Part shown: piece after piece, positions 37,058 through 38,435 of the stretch
How positions within the stretch are numbered: the first letter of the stretch is position 1
Layout of the letters: each line of letters opens with the position of its first letter
Assembly (NCBI GenBank): GCA_041746255.1
Contig: JBGTHM010000089.1
Location: 1 to 38,435, forward strand
DNA: 38,435 nucleotides
Direction: 5' to 3'
Origin: Fibrobacteria bacterium
GTDB lineage: Bacteria > Fibrobacterota > Fibrobacteria > UBA11236
Position numbers and translations under genes: made by a program
The notes under the pieces: model-generated
What the model was told of the DNA's origin: nothing
The model's input: only the letters and a program-made list of their open reading frames with translations
Database searches by the model: none

Positions 37058-37345
37058 GTGTCAAAAAGAAGAGTCGTTCATGTAGTGCCAAATAAAAAGG
37101 GAGGCTGGGATGTAAAGAAACAAGGCGAACCTAATCCTGTTAGCCACCATAGGCTCAAAGAAAGAGCCGTGGAATCTGGGAGAAAAGTTGCAAAAGATTC
37201 ATATAGTGGACAATTAAAAATCCACAAGCAGGATGGCAGAATTCAAGCTGAACATACCTACGGCGGAGAAATCGCAAAGAGAAGCACTGTACGAAAGAAG
37301 AAAATATGGGGTGGAACGGATAATACAGGACCAGAATTAAAATGA
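37058..37345 (+). CDS. DUF2188-like small basic protein (copy 2, C-terminally extended)
   Basis: 51 of 72 aligned residues identical to copy 1 by hand count; AGGAG RBS before GTG. Confidence 0.85.
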   Translation: MSKRRVVHVVPNKKGGWDVKKQGEPNPVSHHRLKERAVESGRKVAKDSYSGQLKIHKQDGRIQAEHTYGGEIAKRSTVRKKKIWGGTDNTGPELK

Positions 37346-37740
37346 AATTAAGCAGTTTCCTAAATAAGTTTTATACACATTCTAACCATGCTAGTAACGC
37401 GGCAAGGCAACTTTCTTTTGCAGGAATAGCAATAGCATGGATTTTTCGCCAAAGTAATGGTGAAAAGAATGTGCTTGCGATCTCACTAATTTGGGCGATG
37501 ACGCTATTTGCTTTTTCTTTACTGCTTGATTTGCTTCAATATTTTGTTAGTTCAATTATTTGGGGGTGTTTTCATAGGAAATATGAGGATCAAGGTAAAC
37601 CTCCTGATTTTGAAATCAAAGCGCCTTCCAAATTGAACAAATTCGGGTATGGTTGCTACTATACCAAGATTATATCAGTTCTAGCTGGTTATGTTTTTGT
37701 CATTACATTTTTGCTTTCTACACTTGTAAAGCAAAATTAG
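37342..37740 (+). CDS. Hypothetical membrane protein (about 3 hydrophobic segments)
   Basis: RQLSFAGIAIAWIF, LIWAMTLFAFSLLLDLLQYF, IISVLAGYVFVITFLL; ATGA overlap with the upstream gene. Confidence 0.75.
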   Translation: MKLSSFLNKFYTHSNHASNAARQLSFAGIAIAWIFRQSNGEKNVLAISLIWAMTLFAFSLLLDLLQYFVSSIIWGCFHRKYEDQGKPPDFEIKAPSKLNKFGYGCYYTKIISVLAGYVFVITFLLSTLVKQN

Positions 37741-37759
37741 CTATGAAGGAGAGTCTCAC

Positions 37760-38200
37760 ATGGAAGAATGGAAACAAGCAGCAGAAAGAGTTGAATTTGA
37801 GCATATTTATCGGGAAATTCAGTTAATTAAAAGAAATTTTTCAAACATACTACAATCATGTATGGATTTAGAGATAGCAAACAATTCTCCTGAATTCATT
37901 GCATTCAAAAAGGAGTCAGATAGGTACTCATATCGTTTTATGGATAATGAATATTTCATGTATTTGAATATTACCATACAAAAGGATGAAGATTGGAGAC
38001 GCGTAAAACCAATAGGTATTGTGGAAATATGGACCAAAATGGGGATTGAAAATAAGCCAAGAAAGGTATTCCAATTTACTATTCCACCCGATGGATTAGT
38101 CCCAGAAATAGGCTCGGGGGACTTTCGAAGGAATAAATATTATGAAGAAATCTTAGGGTATATTTTAGGCAATACTTTAATTGACATGGTTGATTCATAA
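37760..38200 (+). CDS. Hypothetical protein
   Basis: 146-aa ORF in AT-rich DNA with AAGGAG RBS; no recognised motif. Confidence 0.7.
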   Translation: MEEWKQAAERVEFEHIYREIQLIKRNFSNILQSCMDLEIANNSPEFIAFKKESDRYSYRFMDNEYFMYLNITIQKDEDWRRVKPIGIVEIWTKMGIENKPRKVFQFTIPPDGLVPEIGSGDFRRNKYYEEILGYILGNTLIDMVDS

Positions 38201-38254
38201 ATTGGGATTGGGCCTTGTTCTTATAAATAATTTTACATGAACAAGGAGACTATT

Positions 38255-38297
38255 ATGGATAATGAAAATGAACGTGAACCAATGACTCATTCGGAAT
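38255..38297 (+). pseudogene. 5' stub of a gene interrupted by an insertion sequence
   Basis: AAGGAG RBS then ATG GAT AAT GAA (MDNENEREPMTHSE); the frame runs into the repeat block and stops at 38365. Confidence 0.5.
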
Positions 38298-38435
38298 TGC
38301 AAAATCCGGTTCATGGTGACCGGCTAATCCGATTCAAAGTGACCGGCCGATCCGGTTCAAGATGACCGGTTCGGACGATTGACCCGAGGGTGAAAATCCG
38401 GTTCAAAGTGACCGGTTTTCGTCCTTCTCAATCCA
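38298..38435. mobile_element. Terminus of an IS21-family-like insertion sequence
   Basis: Begins 5'-TG followed by four 20-bp direct repeats ATCCG(G/A)TTCAnnnTGACCGG at 38304, 38327, 38350 and 38396 (spacing 23, 23, 46), with a GC jump. No transposase in the window. Confidence 0.72.

Noticed and set aside
32560..38297. Prophage, integron or diversity-generating retroelement
   Set aside because: No integrase, phage structural gene, reverse transcriptase, attC-like series or template/variable repeat pair seen; the hairpins look like terminators.
38304..38415. CRISPR array
   Set aside because: Repeats are 20 bp with 3-bp gaps, with no spacer-sized unique sequences and no cas genes; it fits an IS end better.

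Overview
The window has two parts. The GC-rich part (1 to about 32,560) is chromosomal and is inferred to come from a cellulolytic Fibrobacterota-like bacterium, based on repeated CIA30/CBM11-like modules and secretion-type C-terminal tails. It holds a partial OmpR/PhoB-family regulator and a polysaccharide-degradation cluster: a PL14-like lyase, GH9, a tandem-CBM protein, GH8, an Ig/cadherin-repeat lipoprotein, a 1,390-aa beta-helix protein, a GH94 phosphorylase, GH116 and a Gfo/Idh/MocA oxidoreductase. Housekeeping genes follow (deaD-like helicase, pnp, bioA, fused pabAB). The most striking element is an apparent polymorphic toxin locus at 30,883-36,188. Its 1,110-aa ORF fuses an Hcp/TssD-like N-terminus, an OmpA-like domain split by a peptidoglycan-binding domain, and, after an abrupt GC drop, a Cys-rich HEXXH metallopeptidase-like tip. 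It is followed by a translationally coupled exported immunity-like gene, then a decayed orphan cassette (deleted HEXXH tip remnant plus a nonsense-mutated immunity paralog). The AT-rich island continues with small accessory genes (two DUF2188-like) and ends in an IS21-like terminus that interrupts an ORF. All family calls are from motif recognition only; no searches were run.
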